A stretch of 64,000 nt of DNA from Hormiphora californensis (GCA_020137815.1 CM035356.1:5642001-5706000), one strand, 5' to 3'; counted from the first letter of the stretch, positions 1-39,983 are shown. The notes: generated by a model not told the origin, from the sequence alone. Numbers and translations: made by a program.

Positions 1-65
1 CCCTAAAAAACCAATTGTGTGGCTCACACCGCATTAAATTTAATGTGAGGGCCAGCAATTATTAC

Positions 66-24904
<24,839 letters not shown>

Positions 24905-27480
24905 GTCATAATAGCTTCAACACGATCCTTCACCATGCTAAACAAAGATGCAATGATCAAATTAGGAACAGCTGGGAAGTCACCCCACGAAGGGTACCAC
25001 CCAACTACCACAATGATTTCCCTGCTCATCTCATTCTTCACTCTTCAAATTAGGAAAGGTAGAACACACTGGATTTGTTATAATATAACTCTCAATAGCG
25101 AAGCTAGTCTCAATGAACCAATGTGGAACTATTAGTGTTTCATTAAATTTTCCATGTAATGTGCAACACTACAGCTGATAGCGAGCTGGAGCAAAAACAA
25201 AAGATCTGCTGGTAGTAGCAACTTGAGTTAATACAATGCACTCAAACAATAGATATGTCACAGTCTGTGTGTCTGTGTGTACATGAGCTATTAACCATTG
25301 TGTGATTCTTAGTAACGCTTCTTTAACATTTATTATTCTAATAATGTTAAAGAAGGATCACATAAAGCTAAAGCACTCATTAGGTTCAAGGGTACATGCA
25401 GTAAACTGCAGCAAACTGTAAAGGGTTCATTCAATATATAAGCACCGAGTAGGTTCAATAATAACAGAGATTTCCTACTGTACACAACAGAAACCTGTGG
25501 CTGTTATAGTGGAAACGCGTCGCTGCGATTGAAGTTGATCTTTAGTGAACAAGTACAGGCCGGTACACATGTGTGTTATAGACGGATCGTGCTACAATTG
25601 AAGCCGATATCTGCAGTATAGTGGAAACGTCGCTACCTACGAACAAGTACGAACAAGTACAGGCCCGGAAAGTGTAAGCGTGTCCTGGAGTTTACACTAG
25701 ATATATGTGTCCTCAAACGTTCCGTAGGTAGTATGTTATACTACCATAATAACAACACTTTTCAACACTTTTTGTAGTATTATATAGCCTAAACTATTAT
25801 ACTATTATTCTACAAACAGGTGTAAACTAATCAATAATCAATCAATTCTCCGAATCCAGGTATTTGCCACGTTTTTACTCCGTTTTTACAAAAAGATTTC
25901 GCCCCGAAATTCGTGGGGCGAATTAAGAATTGGTGAGGCAAAGTTGACGCTAGTAAACGACGCGACGTGTTTACTAGGGGAGGGATGGGAAGGTGCTGGA
26001 AGTTTGGTGAGAAGTTGAAGCTAGGTCACTATAGCAGCACTGCAGTCGGGTGGGTGGGAATTGGGAAAGGAGCATTCTGCAGGGCATCATCACAATTTCA
26101 TCATCGCAGTTGTATCTGGAGTTTTTATGAACAATCGCATAAATTTATAAAACGGCCATTGAGTAGGATTAATTTATAGAGATAAATTCCTGATGCATCT
26201 TAATGACGTCTGACGGACAACGGACCATTATCTCAAAAATACCCATATTTCTAGACTCTTTCGTGCTATTTACTGGTTAACTCGTTTTTCACCTTAACTA
26301 GCACTCTCTATACTGCTCTCTCTCTTAAGCACTCTCTACCTATGAATTATGATGTGGTAAAAACCGTTTGCTGCAGATGTCTATAGTATGGTCCAGACGT
26401 ACAACAAATACTACTACTACAATTAGTCTTTTCAGTCTAACTAGAAACCCATCAAACGCTAATGTCTCAAGATATAGGTATTCTGCTGCACGTTCCCCCG
26501 TAATACGTGCTACTCGTGTGTACATGTGAGCAGTAGAAGGCAGCATCAAGGGCTCAAAGACTGATGCTGCTGCAACAACCTCAATACTGTAGTTTACTCA
26601 ACAAGGTACGTAGTAGCTGCACTCTGCAGTCACCAACAGTATAGCTGTAGTCATCAAGTACTGCTGCAGCAGTAGTGTGTGCGTCTATCAATATAATGAG
26701 GAATGTTTAGTGGGTATTTGCGTATTAGGGGCGGGGGACCAGATCAGTCATCAGAGAGAGTCCGAACAAAGCAATTCTATAGGGAAATGTAAAATTGTTA
26801 CAAATGGGTTTTGGCTAGCAACAATAATTATAGGAGTAAAATTCCATTTAGCGAGATCGTTTTACAACAACGCGGACTGCTGAAACATACCCCATTGTTC
26901 AAGTTTAACTAAGTAGCATAAATGCTTGGTGCTTGCACTACCTGCAGCAAAATGCTTGCACTACCTGGTAAAATATATTATACTGTTATAATATCATAGA
27001 TTATAATGAGTTGATTAGATTGGAAGAATTCAAGTTGAACGCGGCTAGTAAATTTTGACAGCTAAAGAGATTATGCAGAGAGTGAAACCTCGCCAATCCA
27101 ATTTATCCTTCATTATCTTTTTCAGACATATTATATATCTTCTAATATATATAAAGTCAGATTGCTTGAAGTTGTCACCCCCCCCCCCCCCTCTCGTGTG
27201 CTCCTTTTCTTGAGTGCCTATCACGTGTTAACGTGATGAATATCATATGCACATGAGTTTAGTGGTGACAACTTCAAAAAATCCGACTTTACAACCTCCT
27301 TCCTCTCTCCCTTCCCCCTCCGAAAGTAATATAATAAATCTAGTTTAAACTTTGCACCTGTCACGATTTTGAGAGTTTCAAGAAAAACTAGCTGGGCACA
27401 GAGCGTACTCAACAGAGCATTTCAAAGGTTGCTGTCAGTCTCAGAAGGAAAAGAACCAAGAGGAGAGATATCGGGATACG

Positions 27481-27632
<152 letters not shown>

Positions 27633-27751
27633 TAGGGGAGAGAGAGTGAGGATAGAATAGAACCAAGACGTTAATATACCAGACAAGAACGAACAGTGTT
27701 ACAAGATTTTGCGTGCCCTAATTACACAATAGATATCAAGCGCTGAATCTG

Positions 27752-27804
<53 letters not shown>

Positions 27805-27829
27805 GTCTCTCTATCTCTCTGTCTCTCTA

Positions 27830-27860
<31 letters not shown>

Positions 27861-28481
27861 GACAGTCTGACACCGGTTGGCTGTGATTTATATGACCAAC
27901 GCGAAACTTAGCTTAAATAAAAACGAATCTTTCGGGAAAGGGTAATAATTTTAGTACATAGGTTGCATATCTCAAAAGACGGTTAATCAGGCGGCTCGAT
28001 TTTTTTTGACTAAACGAGTCCCAAATTGAACTTAGTACTTTTAATTACATTTGATGGCCGTTCCTTATTTGAAGATTTCAAAAGCTAACTCAATAACCAT
28101 TCCAATTTCAGAGACGGTTATATGTAACGGAAATTTGTAACCGCCTTCGTGGGAGCTTACATTGCATTTTGGCTTTGTGCCATCATTCTCAGCACACTAA
28201 AAATGTTTGTGAAGATGAAGCACTAGTATAATCTGGAAATTTGATGAAGGATCATCATACTTCCGATTTAAATTTACGATATATTGACTAACTGTCGTTC
28301 CCGACTAGACGATATATGTCATTTAAGTAACTTGAGAAATCAAAATTGATCACTTGCCCGGGGCAAATTGCCCAGTAAGTTATTGAGGTAAAAGATGTTG
28401 AATATATGCCAGGAAATTAAAACAAGTTAGTTAACCAGCTATAAACCGTTAAGCTACTACAGGTGTGTACAGTTATCTACA

Positions 28482-28536
<55 letters not shown>

Positions 28537-31134
28537 CCAAAATAAAGGAAGAGAGAAAATGGAAAAAAAGGGGAAAAGGGGGCAAGAGAGGAGGAGGTTG
28601 GGAAAAAGGGGGGAAAAAGGCGATTAAAAACGAGGAAAAAGGGTAAAAAAGCACCATGGCCCCAACGAAAAGGGGGGAAAAGGGGAGAGGGGCACTCGAT
28701 TTCTATTTTGAGGGGAGGGGCCCCCCGGAGAACCGGTTGGCCCTTTTGGTTTAAACCGGCGAGAAGGGGTTTCCAAAAAGTAGGAGGATGCGGGCGCTCG
28801 CGTTTGGGGGGAAGACCTTTTAAACCCACCGAGGGGGGTTTTAACCCGGGGAAAAGAGACGCTATTTTCAAAAGGAGGAAAAGCCATTGACCGGGAAAGA
28901 GGGGGCCCCGGGGGAAAAACCCAAAAGGAGGGGAAAAAACAGGGAGAGAGGGGGGGCGGGGAAAGGGGGGAGAAAAAAGGTTTTTTGGGGAAAAAAAAAA
29001 GGGGGAAAATAGGGGAAAGAAAAAGGGGGGGGGAAAAAACCCCCGGGGGGCGGGGGGCCCCCGGGGGGGGGGGAAAAAAGGGGGGGGGGGGGGCCCCCCC
29101 CCGGGGAGAAAACCCCCCCGGGGGGAAGGGTTGGTTGGAAAAAGCCCGGGGACCCCGAAGGGGGGCCCGGGGGTTGGGGGAAAAGGGGAGAGAAAGGAAA
29201 AGAGGGTTAACCCGGGCCCGGGAAAGAAGTAGACAACGGCCAAACCAGCGATTTCTGTTTGGAAAAAGGGAGGGGACCCTGCTGAGAAGATGAACCAGGA
29301 GAAAGACACGAGAAAGAAACGAAAGAAAACCCGACGGGAATACAGGGAAAAAATGAAAGGTAGAGAAGGCGGAGAAAAGGAAGAGAGAGAAAACGAGAGA
29401 GAGAGAAGGATTTTGGGGAGAGAGAGAAGGAGGAATTTTTCCCTTTTGGGCCTTTTCCCCCCCCCCGGGTCAAAAGGGCCCCCGGGAAAAAAGGGGCCGT
29501 TGGAAAAGGGAAAGGGAGCCCTGGGAAGCATTGTTTGGCAAAGTTAAATTTTGGAAGGATAAGTTTCAGAGTCCCATAATATTTATAATAACTAATCTAA
29601 GTAATAGAAAAAAATTTGGGGGTCCAAACACCTTTTGGATCAAGAAAAGAGAAAGGCAAAATTTGTTTAACCAATCAAACAAGACAACAAATGTATGCCC
29701 GGAAAAAGGAAATTAATTACCCCCTGAAAGGGATTTCGAGATATTGCATCCCCGATTTAACAAAATGAATATGGTTTTAAAATTTAAAAAAATTATAAAC
29801 TTGTCCAAATTTCCCTTATACCTTAAATTCTATTCGTTATTTCCGTAAAACCCTTTTCAAAAAACCCAAAAAAATTCGATTCCATGAAACCGGAACTGCA
29901 GAGACCCCCCACACGTGCCATGACAAATGAATGGAGAAGAATAAACCTGAATATAATGGTACTTTCTGGGAATTACGGCTTGCTGCTGGGAGCTTCGTTC
30001 AATATAATAACTCTAGTGGATATATAGTAAAACCGAGGAAAATACAGGTGTTAACGGACTGTAAATGCGGTGAAGACGAATAGTTGTCGAGAACTAGACG
30101 ACTGGTAATTTAGTCAGCACATGTTGTAAACATGTCCCCACGTACACAGATCTGTAGCTGTGTGTAGCACCTTTAACACATACCATGTGTGTCTAATGAT
30201 AAGGTGAGAGAAAAAGGAAAAAATATGACTAGACTAATTATTAGGAACAACTTCAAGTGAAAAACAAAACGATATAGGAACGGATTTTCCGAAAGTTTGA
30301 CTTTTGAGACCTGATATAATTTCTCTCATCCTATGGCATTCCAAAAATACCCATGATTTGACACAATTATGAGTATATGGCAAGGGAAGACAATGGTCAA
30401 ATTATGTTTAAATTAGATTTGAATGAACACAGGCAATACAAATCGGCTTAAAGAATATAAAACACATGGCGAAGAAAACAGATATATATGCGTGGACATC
30501 ATACAGATCATATTATGCAGTATAGAATATAGAGGCACACAAAAGCGGGAGTTGTCGAGCACTGATCTTTAGTTAGTGCCAACAACAACCCACAACAAAC
30601 AAAACTTAACACACAATAAACAAACCAACTTATTCTCAGGAAGGAAGATGCCAGGAAGAACGTGAGACGTTTGCAACGCCAGCTACTTTCAAGCTCAAGA
30701 CATCGAAAGAGGTAATAATCAAAATATCATGGTCACGTCAAATTATAAAGTTAATCAGATTATCATATTGAAGGTCACTTGAGTTCGTTAGCCAGACTAT
30801 CGTCTTATTTGGAGTCCGTGAGTACCATTACCATCACGTTATGTGGCACCAATTAGTTGTGCACATTACCATCACATCTTTCAAATTAGTTGTACGCATT
30901 ATCATCACATCGTTCAAATTAGTTGTACGCATTACCATCACATCGTTCAAATTAGTTGTACACATTATCATCACACCGTTCAAATTAGTTGTACACATTA
31001 TCATCACACCGTTCAAATTAGTTGTACACATTATCATCACATCCCTTCTTTTCATCTTCCTCCTCTCCCTTTAGCTTACTGATATACCTCGCCTCAGCAC
31101 TCACCTCCTTCCTCTCTCCTCCAAGACTATAATT

Positions 31135-33699
31135 CTAGTATGCCTCCCCTTCTTCCCCTTCTTCTTCTTCTTCCTCATCATTTTCCTCACCACCTTCATC
31201 ACCACCCCTTCCAGCGCCATCTTTTGGTCCTCCAACTCCTCGTCCAACTTCTATTCCTAGATATTCCTCATATAAATGCCCCTCATCCTCCTCCTCCTCT
31301 TCACTAACCAACATCTCCCCCTCACTCACCAACATCTCCTGGTCACTGCCCCCTGTTATATCGTTGCCATAGAGACGGTTAGTGATCACCGGCCCGGACA
31401 TTGGTGGTATAACCAGTGGCGGGATCCCCTCGTATCGCTGTGCAGGATGTGGGGCTCTGCGTGCCCTTCTGTACCAGAGTGCCGCACCACCTGCCATTCC
31501 AATCACAACAATCACAACAATCCCAACAATTATACCACCAAGTGTACCATTGGGAACACACCCGATAACCGGTATGGTGACACCTCCTTCACAGGATGCT
31601 GCCGGGGTATCATCCTCAACTCTCTTAATCTCACCGTCACCTTCACCATTATCACCATCTTCATCATCACCAACATCACCATCATCACCATCTTCACCAT
31701 CTTCAGCACTTTTTTGTTGCGGTGGAGGAATGTAACACGGCATATCTGGTGTGCACTCCACACACAGCCCTCTCTCTCCATTATACACCTCATCCACTTC
31801 CACGCAGCCCTCAAGACAATCTAAACTAATGTGCAGTGAGAACGGATCCTTGCTCACTCGGGTTGGGGTGTCAGTCGAGTTGTAGAGGTGACATGTGGTG
31901 TCAGTTAGTACCACTCGGGTGCAGTTACCATTCATAATGCACTCGTCCAAACACTCTGAGGGGAGTGTCACTCCATACAAAACTTCCCCCTCCTCCCCCA
32001 CCTCTCGTCCTTCCTCATAACATGGATCCTCGTAAAAGCACTCCTGTCCGCCGAGATCAGATACCATCTCCCGTTCACACTCCAAACACTCAATAGCCCC
32101 AGGGTTCTCACCAGTACGTCCCAACGGGGCACATGACACACTCTCCCAGAGTAGTGGTTGTAAAACTCTCCTGCGTCACATTGTGTGCATGTGGTGGTGC
32201 AGTTCCGCGTTTGGCTATCCTCCCCCACACAGGTATCCCCGTAGCAGTACGGTTCCGTGCACTCACGAACCCGGCTTGATTCACCCGAAATCACCATGAC
32301 TTCATCTTGGAAACACTGACACTCACTCCAATCACTCCACGGCAACCACCTCCCGTGAAGGGTAGTACAGCACTCATCGTGACAGGACTTTGGCTCAACT
32401 CCAGCACCATCACAGAGCTCACCATAACATGTTGGGGCTGGGGCCGTACAATTCCGATCCCGAATACGGTACCCCCGCCCAATAGTGTGGTCACACTTAC
32501 AATCATGCCAATCGCTCCACCCTGTCCAACCACCGTGAACCGTCTTGCAACAATCGTCATCACAGGACTTCTCCTCTCGATCCGTTCCCGTACAGTTGGC
32601 CCCATAACAGGACGGTTCGGGGGAATTGCACGACCGTATCCGTTCCTGTATTCCAGTTCCGTCACCGTGGTTACAGGTACACTCGCTCCATTCTCCCCAC
32701 TGGCTCCAAAGTCCATCTATGGTCATGCAACATTGATCATCGCACCCATTCTTTTCATCACTATCCCCGAAGCAGGCTGCTCCAAAACACGACGGCGGTG
32801 GATTTGAGCACGTCCTATTCCGGTACCGCTGCCCCGTTCCCACATCATGGTTGCACACACACGCCCCAAACTCACTCCAAGCCGCCCACGCACCCGGTAT
32901 ACTCACACAACAATCCTCATCGCACTCGACCCCCGACTCTGAGCTGGGACCATCACACTCACGTCCGTAGCAGTGAGGTGATGGATTCGTACACTCCCGA
33001 GATCTGGTCCTAACTCCCGTGCCGTCAGCGTGGTTGCACACACAATGCCAGGCGTTCCAGTCAGTCCAGCCTCCGTTGACAGTCTGGCAGCATTGATCGT
33101 CACAGTTCCCGTAGCTGACGTATTCTCCTGGACAGGTGCTACCGTGGCAGTCTGGGGCTGGGCTCGTGCAACTACGAACCCGGGACTTGGATCCTGGGGT
33201 AGGGGAGAGGGAAGGGGTTTTAGAGTAGTTTAGAGGATTTTGGAGCTAATTGTTTTGATGTGGGGTAGATGGAACATTGGAATGGATTATGGCTATCATG
33301 ACTTGTTTATCAAATATCTGATATGGCCTACTATATACTACTACTATAAACATCAAATTTACCTGTTCCAGTGGTGTATGTGCACGAACACGAACCCCAA
33401 GCACCCCAACCGCTCCACGCTCCGTGAACTGTCAGGCAACAATCATCATCACATGACACATAGATAGTATTAGATCCTCCACATTGAGCACCTCCATTTG
33501 AAGGGTACGGATTGTTACATGACCTAGATTTCCACCATGTTCCCGTTCCAGCTTCGTGGTTACAGGAACAAGATGACCAACTAGTCCAACCGCCCCAGCC
33601 ACCGTTAACCGCTCGACGACGACGACGACGACGACGCCAGCCGCTTGAAGGCGTGGCAAGAAGGAGAAAGATCACCAAAACGAAGAAAATATTTTTCAT
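31135..33699 (-). CDS. Type I membrane protein: signal peptide, poly-Arg, 7 thrombospondin type-1 repeats, Cys-rich ephrin-receptor-like (GCC2/GCC3) repeat, PAN/apple-like module, acidic linker, TM, acidic Tyr-containing tail; apparent frameshifts near 32110-32150
   Basis: Exon 1 33699-33363 (phase 1, GTAAAT donor), exon 2 33193-31135. Seven WxxWxxW..C..R.R.C..P.P...G..C.G repeats. CxxCPVGTY..GAIECLEC is restored by removing two single extra bases. ECLDECIMNGNCTRVVL...CHLY; TM GGIIVGIVVIVVIGMAGGAALWY followed by RRARR. Confidence 0.85.
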
Positions 33700-36064
33700 T
33701 TTGAGAGAAATGGGATTTTTAGATCACTACAAGCCATAGATCACTACAAGCCATACCCATATTTCATCTCAGATAACTATGTACTCAGCAAAATATTTGA
33801 AATATATACATTCCATCTTGCCTAGTGTCATGTTTAGGTGTGTCTATTGCATCTAATCACGATTGTCGATGAGCAGGAACAGCGGGATGGTAACAGCAGC
33901 AGGAGCTCAAGAAAACGACACAAAATCAAAATGTCAAGGCGAAATATGGTGGTCTTGTAACCACTGATAAGAGCTAAAACATGAATCAAAAAGTGTAAAA
34001 AAGCGTAAAAAGGTGTAGATTAGGGTAGATTAGGGTAGACCGGGGCAATTCGAACCACCGGGGAAATTTGAACCATGTGCTGCCCGTCTCTCACCTAGTT
34101 AAGCTATCATAATGACGTCATCCTATCTCCAGAAGCAAACTGCTCGTTCGAGCCTGCCCGTTGCCACTAAAAAGGCTCTAGATCTGGTTTAAGTTGGCCA
34201 ATTTCAGATTTGAAAAAACTAGCTGAAAATTTTTAAAGGTTGACAAGATACCTAAAACTTTTCGGTTTTCGTCTGATTTCGATTTGTCATTGATTTTAAG
34301 CATTTTTTCAGGATTTTTTGTCGTCTGGAAAGAAATTCGAAATATGGGGGTCTACCGATATTGTCAGCACTGGGTTTACTGGGCACACTCACTGCGACTC
34401 GCAGATCGAAATTCACGTTTCCGGTTCCCAAAGCCGGTGAAAGGACCGCACCAGCTGCCTTGAGTTGATCATATGTCTGAAAAGAAAGTCGCACAGGCCA
34501 CTGCAGAGCCCTTATTAACAAATATGTATTGAGTACAGGGACCCCCATGAGGGCAGATTCCACCTTTTGCTTCACAAACTCAGCCCACTGCTTCTTCGGA
34601 CATACTGGAGCTGCAGGATCATCTCACTCAAGTTTAATGTCCACATAATGCTTCATCGGTAACACCGGTTCTGGTTGATCCTCAATTCCACTGTTCCCAT
34701 CCTCTTTCTTATCCAGTATTTCCGATACTTTGTCCTTAACTCTCCTTTCAATGGTTGCTAGAAGATCAGTCTTCAGGCTTTCGAAGCTTTCCTTCAACAC
34801 CTCCAGGGGTTCCCTGGGGCCTCCAGGGAACCTGCATCCATCGTTGAGCTGGGGCCTCCAGGGAACCTGCATCCATCGTTGAGCTGGGGCCTCCAGGGAA
34901 CCTGCATCCATCGTTGAGCTGGGGCCTCCAGGGAACCTTTATCCATCGTTGAGCTAGTGCCGCTTTCAATCCGGGTTCTGGAGCTGTTGGGTATCAATGC
35001 ATATGCTGACGCTAGAAGACCCCACATCTGCTCTCTGGTTGGGCCACTTGGACTGTTAGGAGGAGGATTAATGTCCCCCTCAAGCAGACGATTCAGAACA
35101 GAGCTACCCTTACACTTAGAATTAATTATCGTACTCTCAAGAGCTCTATCAAACTCTTTACTATTCGTAATCCATGAAAATTATTCATCCTAAAACACCT
35201 GGCTCACACTCCTGGACAGAGATAAATCCGAACTCAAAACACTCACAGTACGTTCTTAATAAGCCCACAGAGATTCATGTAACTAAATATTAATAATAAA
35301 GATATTGAAGATTGGAAACTAAACTCTGACACGGATCAATCGATTATAAGTGGAACACTCAAATTAATTTGTTTAAGTAGTGTTGAAAAGTTTGAAATAA
35401 ACAAACAAACAAAACAACAACCAACAAACAGTTCTCTTGGGATATCCTCAACCAAGCTGGTACACCAATAAAATTGGGTTGTCGAGACATTAAAAAACAG
35501 TGGATCAATTAATGGCAAACAGAAGCAAATAGTCAAAAACAAAATATCTATCTTTAAGTTGCTTTAAAGATATGATATTATATTAGCCAAAACTACATTA
35601 TTAGATAGAAGGATACACACGTGTGCCCTCAACTCATTGTACTGAATAAAGAAAAAAGAAGAGGAACTATTTCAAGAAGATAGATTGTTATGTTCTAACC
35701 CTCCCTTTACATTTGTAAACACAGTCTAGCCAGGCAAAAAATAGATACAACCCTCTTAATATCAGTATAGATCATAAGTCATAAAGGCCTACGTGGACGT
35801 AATTCTTGATGTTTGTAGCCAGGCAAATATTAACAATCAAGAGATCGAATGAGAAGAATAAGAACAAAGAAAGGGAGGAGGAAAAGGAAAGAGAGAAAAG
35901 AAGGAGAAAGAAGAGAAGAGAGGGGAAAAAAGAGAGAGGAAAGCAACAGAGAAGAGAGAAAAGAAAGAGAGAAGGAAGAAAGAGAGGAGAAGAGGGGAGA
36001 GAGCAGAGAAAAGAGAGAGGGGAGAAGAGAAGAGGAGAGAGAGAGAGAGGAGAGAGAGAGAAAA

Positions 36065-36095
<31 letters not shown>

Positions 36096-36186
36096 AGAGG
36101 GGAAGAGAGAGAGAGAGAGAGAGAGAGAGAAGACTGAAAAGAGAGAGAGAGAGGCAAGAGAGAGAGAGAGAGAGAGGAGAGAGAGG

Positions 36187-36226
<40 letters not shown>

Positions 36227-36566
36227 AAGAGAAGAGAAGAGAAGAGAAAAGACAAGAGCAGGAGCAAGCAATAAAGAGATAGAGAGAGAGAGAGAGAGGA
36301 GTGAGAGAGATACGAGGAGAGGAGAGAGCTAAAAGAAGAGAGTAGGGGCCCAAGAAAAGAGCGCGAAGAAAAGAGAGAAGATAATCGAGAGAGGAAAATA
36401 GCTAGATTTGCCTTAAAGGAAGTTCTTCTAGATCCATCTCCTCTCGAAACCTTAACTCATAAAAATNNNNNNNNNNNNNNNNNNNNNNNNNNNNNNNNNN
36501 NNNNNNNNNNNNNNNNNNNNNNNNNNNNNNNNNNNNNNNNNNNNNNNNNNNNNNNNNNNNNNNNNN

Positions 36567-37040
36567 AAATTTTTTTTAAAAATTTTTGAAAAAAATTTTT
36601 TATAGAATGTTTGCCCCAATGCTTTTTGATCGATGCTCCCCGTAAATTTTCAGAGAAAAAGTTATTTTGAAATTTTGATACTTCCTCACCCCGCTTAGGG
36701 TGCCCAGATTCGGCATGGTATCACGTATCGGTTCGTTTCGAACCATCTAATTAGCGGCATAACACGTGATAAGATGCACCGATTCGAAACACGATTCGAA
36801 CGTGGATGGTATACCTTAGCAAAATTTCATAACTTTTTTTTGCAAAATCGGGGGGTGGTTTACCTTAGAAAAAGTTTTTACAATTTTTTTAAAAATTTTA
36901 AAAATTTTCTATTTCTAATGACAGAAGCAATGATCATATTGTCATCAATAAATGTATACTATACAGTTAGAGGTGTCTTGGTATAGAATTTTGGACAAAA
37001 GTAGGATTTATGGGTAGGGTTTATGGGTCAAATATGCTCT
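36567..37040 (-). mobile_element. Partial copy of the internal sequence of the 53307-54238 element, next to the gap
   Basis: Reverse complement shares blocks such as GAAACGAACCGATACGTGATACCATGCCGAAT, GGGCACCCTAAGCGGG and AAGACACCTCTAACTGT. Confidence 0.65.
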
Positions 37041-39097
37041 ACCCCGATATACCGGGCACCCCGATTTACCGGGCAAAATGGCTTCCCCCGAGGATCCCGG
37101 TAAATCGGGGTCCGATTGTACTATATTATGTTGAAACCATACTCTAATAGTAGAGTCTGAGACTTTATCTTTCTGAATTTAATAGAATAAAATTATAGAC
37201 AGAAAGTTTATTTTGGTACCTATTTTTGCTGTTTTTGCTCTTTTTTACCCCAACTAAATCGATTTTAATAAGAACTTTAATAAGAACTTTAATAACTATT
37301 ATGTATCGGGCAAAGAATGAATTGAATAATGAATTGAACAGCGATCGAAGCAACCAACATATTATGTAACTGTTCGAACGAATGAAATCTTAAAAATGTG
37401 CCGACTTTAAATCAAATCCATTATAACAGTGCTGCTTGTAGTCGTATTACCGTAATGGAAATACAGTAATGAGACGCGCACGTTGCATAACACGCGGCAA
37501 AAAGTGCAGCACGTACTAGCGCCCTGATCGGCCACGGTTGCGTGTCGTCTTACTGTATCTCCGTTTTCCATTACCGTTTTCCCACTACAAGCGACCGTGT
37601 ATGGCATGTATATCAAAACCATTGAGCAAGAAAAACTCCTTTTTATATTTAACGACATTGACAAATATGATATCAATACTTGATCGAAAGAAGGGATTCC
37701 CTTCTCTTATAGTTCACACATATCATGATCAATCAGTGTTCACTATGCAGCAGAGATATGTTAACGTCATAGCCAGGACTTTGTGAAAACTACGGCATCA
37801 TAAGGACATAAGATTTATTACCGCGGTGCACTGTTATACCATACCTATATATCAATCAGGTACAATTTGATCTGTATCAGTTTGGAAATGGTCATCGTAC
37901 TTCCTCGAGGTTAACTTGGATGCACAACTTCATTTAAATAACTAATTTGAATGGCGATACGGTACAAATTAATATGCTTCCCAACCACTACTATGATAAA
38001 TCTTGCCCCAACTCACATTATAATGTTGACAGATCAATGAGCATGTATATTATGGCGGCTCATGTGCGGGATGGATCTCGGTCATCAGTGGAATGGTGGT
38101 ACCAACAACTATGTAATTACTATAGCACACTCATCCAAGTGATCAGTTAAACTGTATCATGGGTCAACAAGTCATGCTAATCGTAACACTGAAAAGTGCC
38201 CCGGTTCAAAAAAAGGGGGGGTCCAAGACAGGCCCCGATCGAATTTTGGTCCTATCTATAGTATTAAACTGGCAGCATCCTGATCTAAAATAAGCAGAAT
38301 TTTCAGCATTTTAGTCCGCCTATGTGCTGAAAATTCCTCTCAATCATATCAGATACACATGCAGAGAGATTCTTATTATTGCAGTACTGCAGCAGTGTGA
38401 ATGAGAGAGAGAGAGAGAGAGGGGGAGAGGGGAGGGAGATGGAGAATATGTGTTGGTTGGCGCCAGTTGTGCGTAGTGCACCGACAACAGTCTAGAGGGG
38501 GAAAGGGGGAGATTAGAGAGATTCATACATTACCATTGCAATTGACTTGGCTCTCTCTCTCTTTTTCAGCGCGACCAGTTCAACCAATCTGCTGAAAATC
38601 GTGCTGAAAACTGACCATTTCAACCAATCTGCTGAAAATCGTGCTGAAAACTGTTGTCGGTGCATTACGCAAAACTGGAACATTCCCCAGCATATTCTGT
38701 CTCTCTGTCACACACAACCAGCACATAATATCCCCAGATATCTCTCTCTCTCACTCTTCAGTCTTTCACATTCACTGCACCACCTATATTTTCAGCAGAA
38801 TTTTCAGCACATAATATGTAGATGAAATTTTTGAATTGTAAAAATCAGCATTCTCGTTAAAAAAAAATCAGCATCCTGGGAGACATTTCTTTCCAATTGG
38901 TTGGCAAATTTTGAATTTTCGAACGGGGAAGACAGGTAGACTGGAATGATAACTAAAATATAGACACTAGACAATGAGTAGACAGGGAGAGGTGGTAGAT
39001 AGGGCTAGAACGTAAAAGAGATTCAGAGAAGCAATGAGAGAGAGAGGGAGAGAAAGAGAGCGATAGAGAGGGAGAGAAAGCGAGCGAGAGAGAGAGG

Positions 39098-39249
<152 letters not shown>

Positions 39250-39871
39250 AAGAGAGCGAGAGAGAGAGGGAGAGAAAGAGAGCGAGAGGGAGAGAAAGCG
39301 TGTTAGACAGATGATGGAAAAGGGTGAGTGAGATTAGCGCAAAGGACCGATTATATACAGCAAAGCAGTGCACACACACACACACACACACACACGAGGC
39401 AAAGACTATATTATAGACATACAAATAATTTTCTAGCTAGCACCCAAAATGTATGCCTATTGTCAAGTCAAGAATCCTTTTGGTGTGAGCCGTGAGGCGT
39501 GATCATACTTTTTGGACCCAAAATTGAAAAATAGCTATAGATATTTCGCGAAAGTGTCCCGGTTATAATCCTTCAGCCGGTTTTAGGACGATCCAAGTAC
39601 TTTTTATTTTGGACACAGCCACGCACCAATTATAGTGGTCTTGACTATTAGGATGGTTTACAACTAAACGTAGTTCAAGCACATAATTCCTACATAATGA
39701 ATTAAATTTAAACGCTGCATCAAAATTAAAGGCGACCTTTTTGTAAATCTGTGAGGAGGAAGGAATTACAGTTCTTTCTGAGTGTGAGGATTCGATGGAA
39801 ATTTCTGATTTTCTCTTGGAACCGGAAGTGAAGGTGTGCAAAAGACATCTCTAATTATCGAAGGGATTGCC

Positions 39872-39944
<73 letters not shown>

Positions 39945-39948
39945 TAGT

Positions 39949-39983
<35 letters not shown>

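Noticed and set aside
28483-29900. 352-aa Pro/Phe/Gly ORF and G/A-rich sequence
   Set aside because: Homopolymer-inflated low-quality read after a poly-G run; not interpretable.
35772-36353. Long ER/LS-repeat ORFs (also 2026, 27369, 39023, 45657, 46725, 50636)
   Set aside because: Translations of (GA)n or (AGAGAC)n microsatellites.
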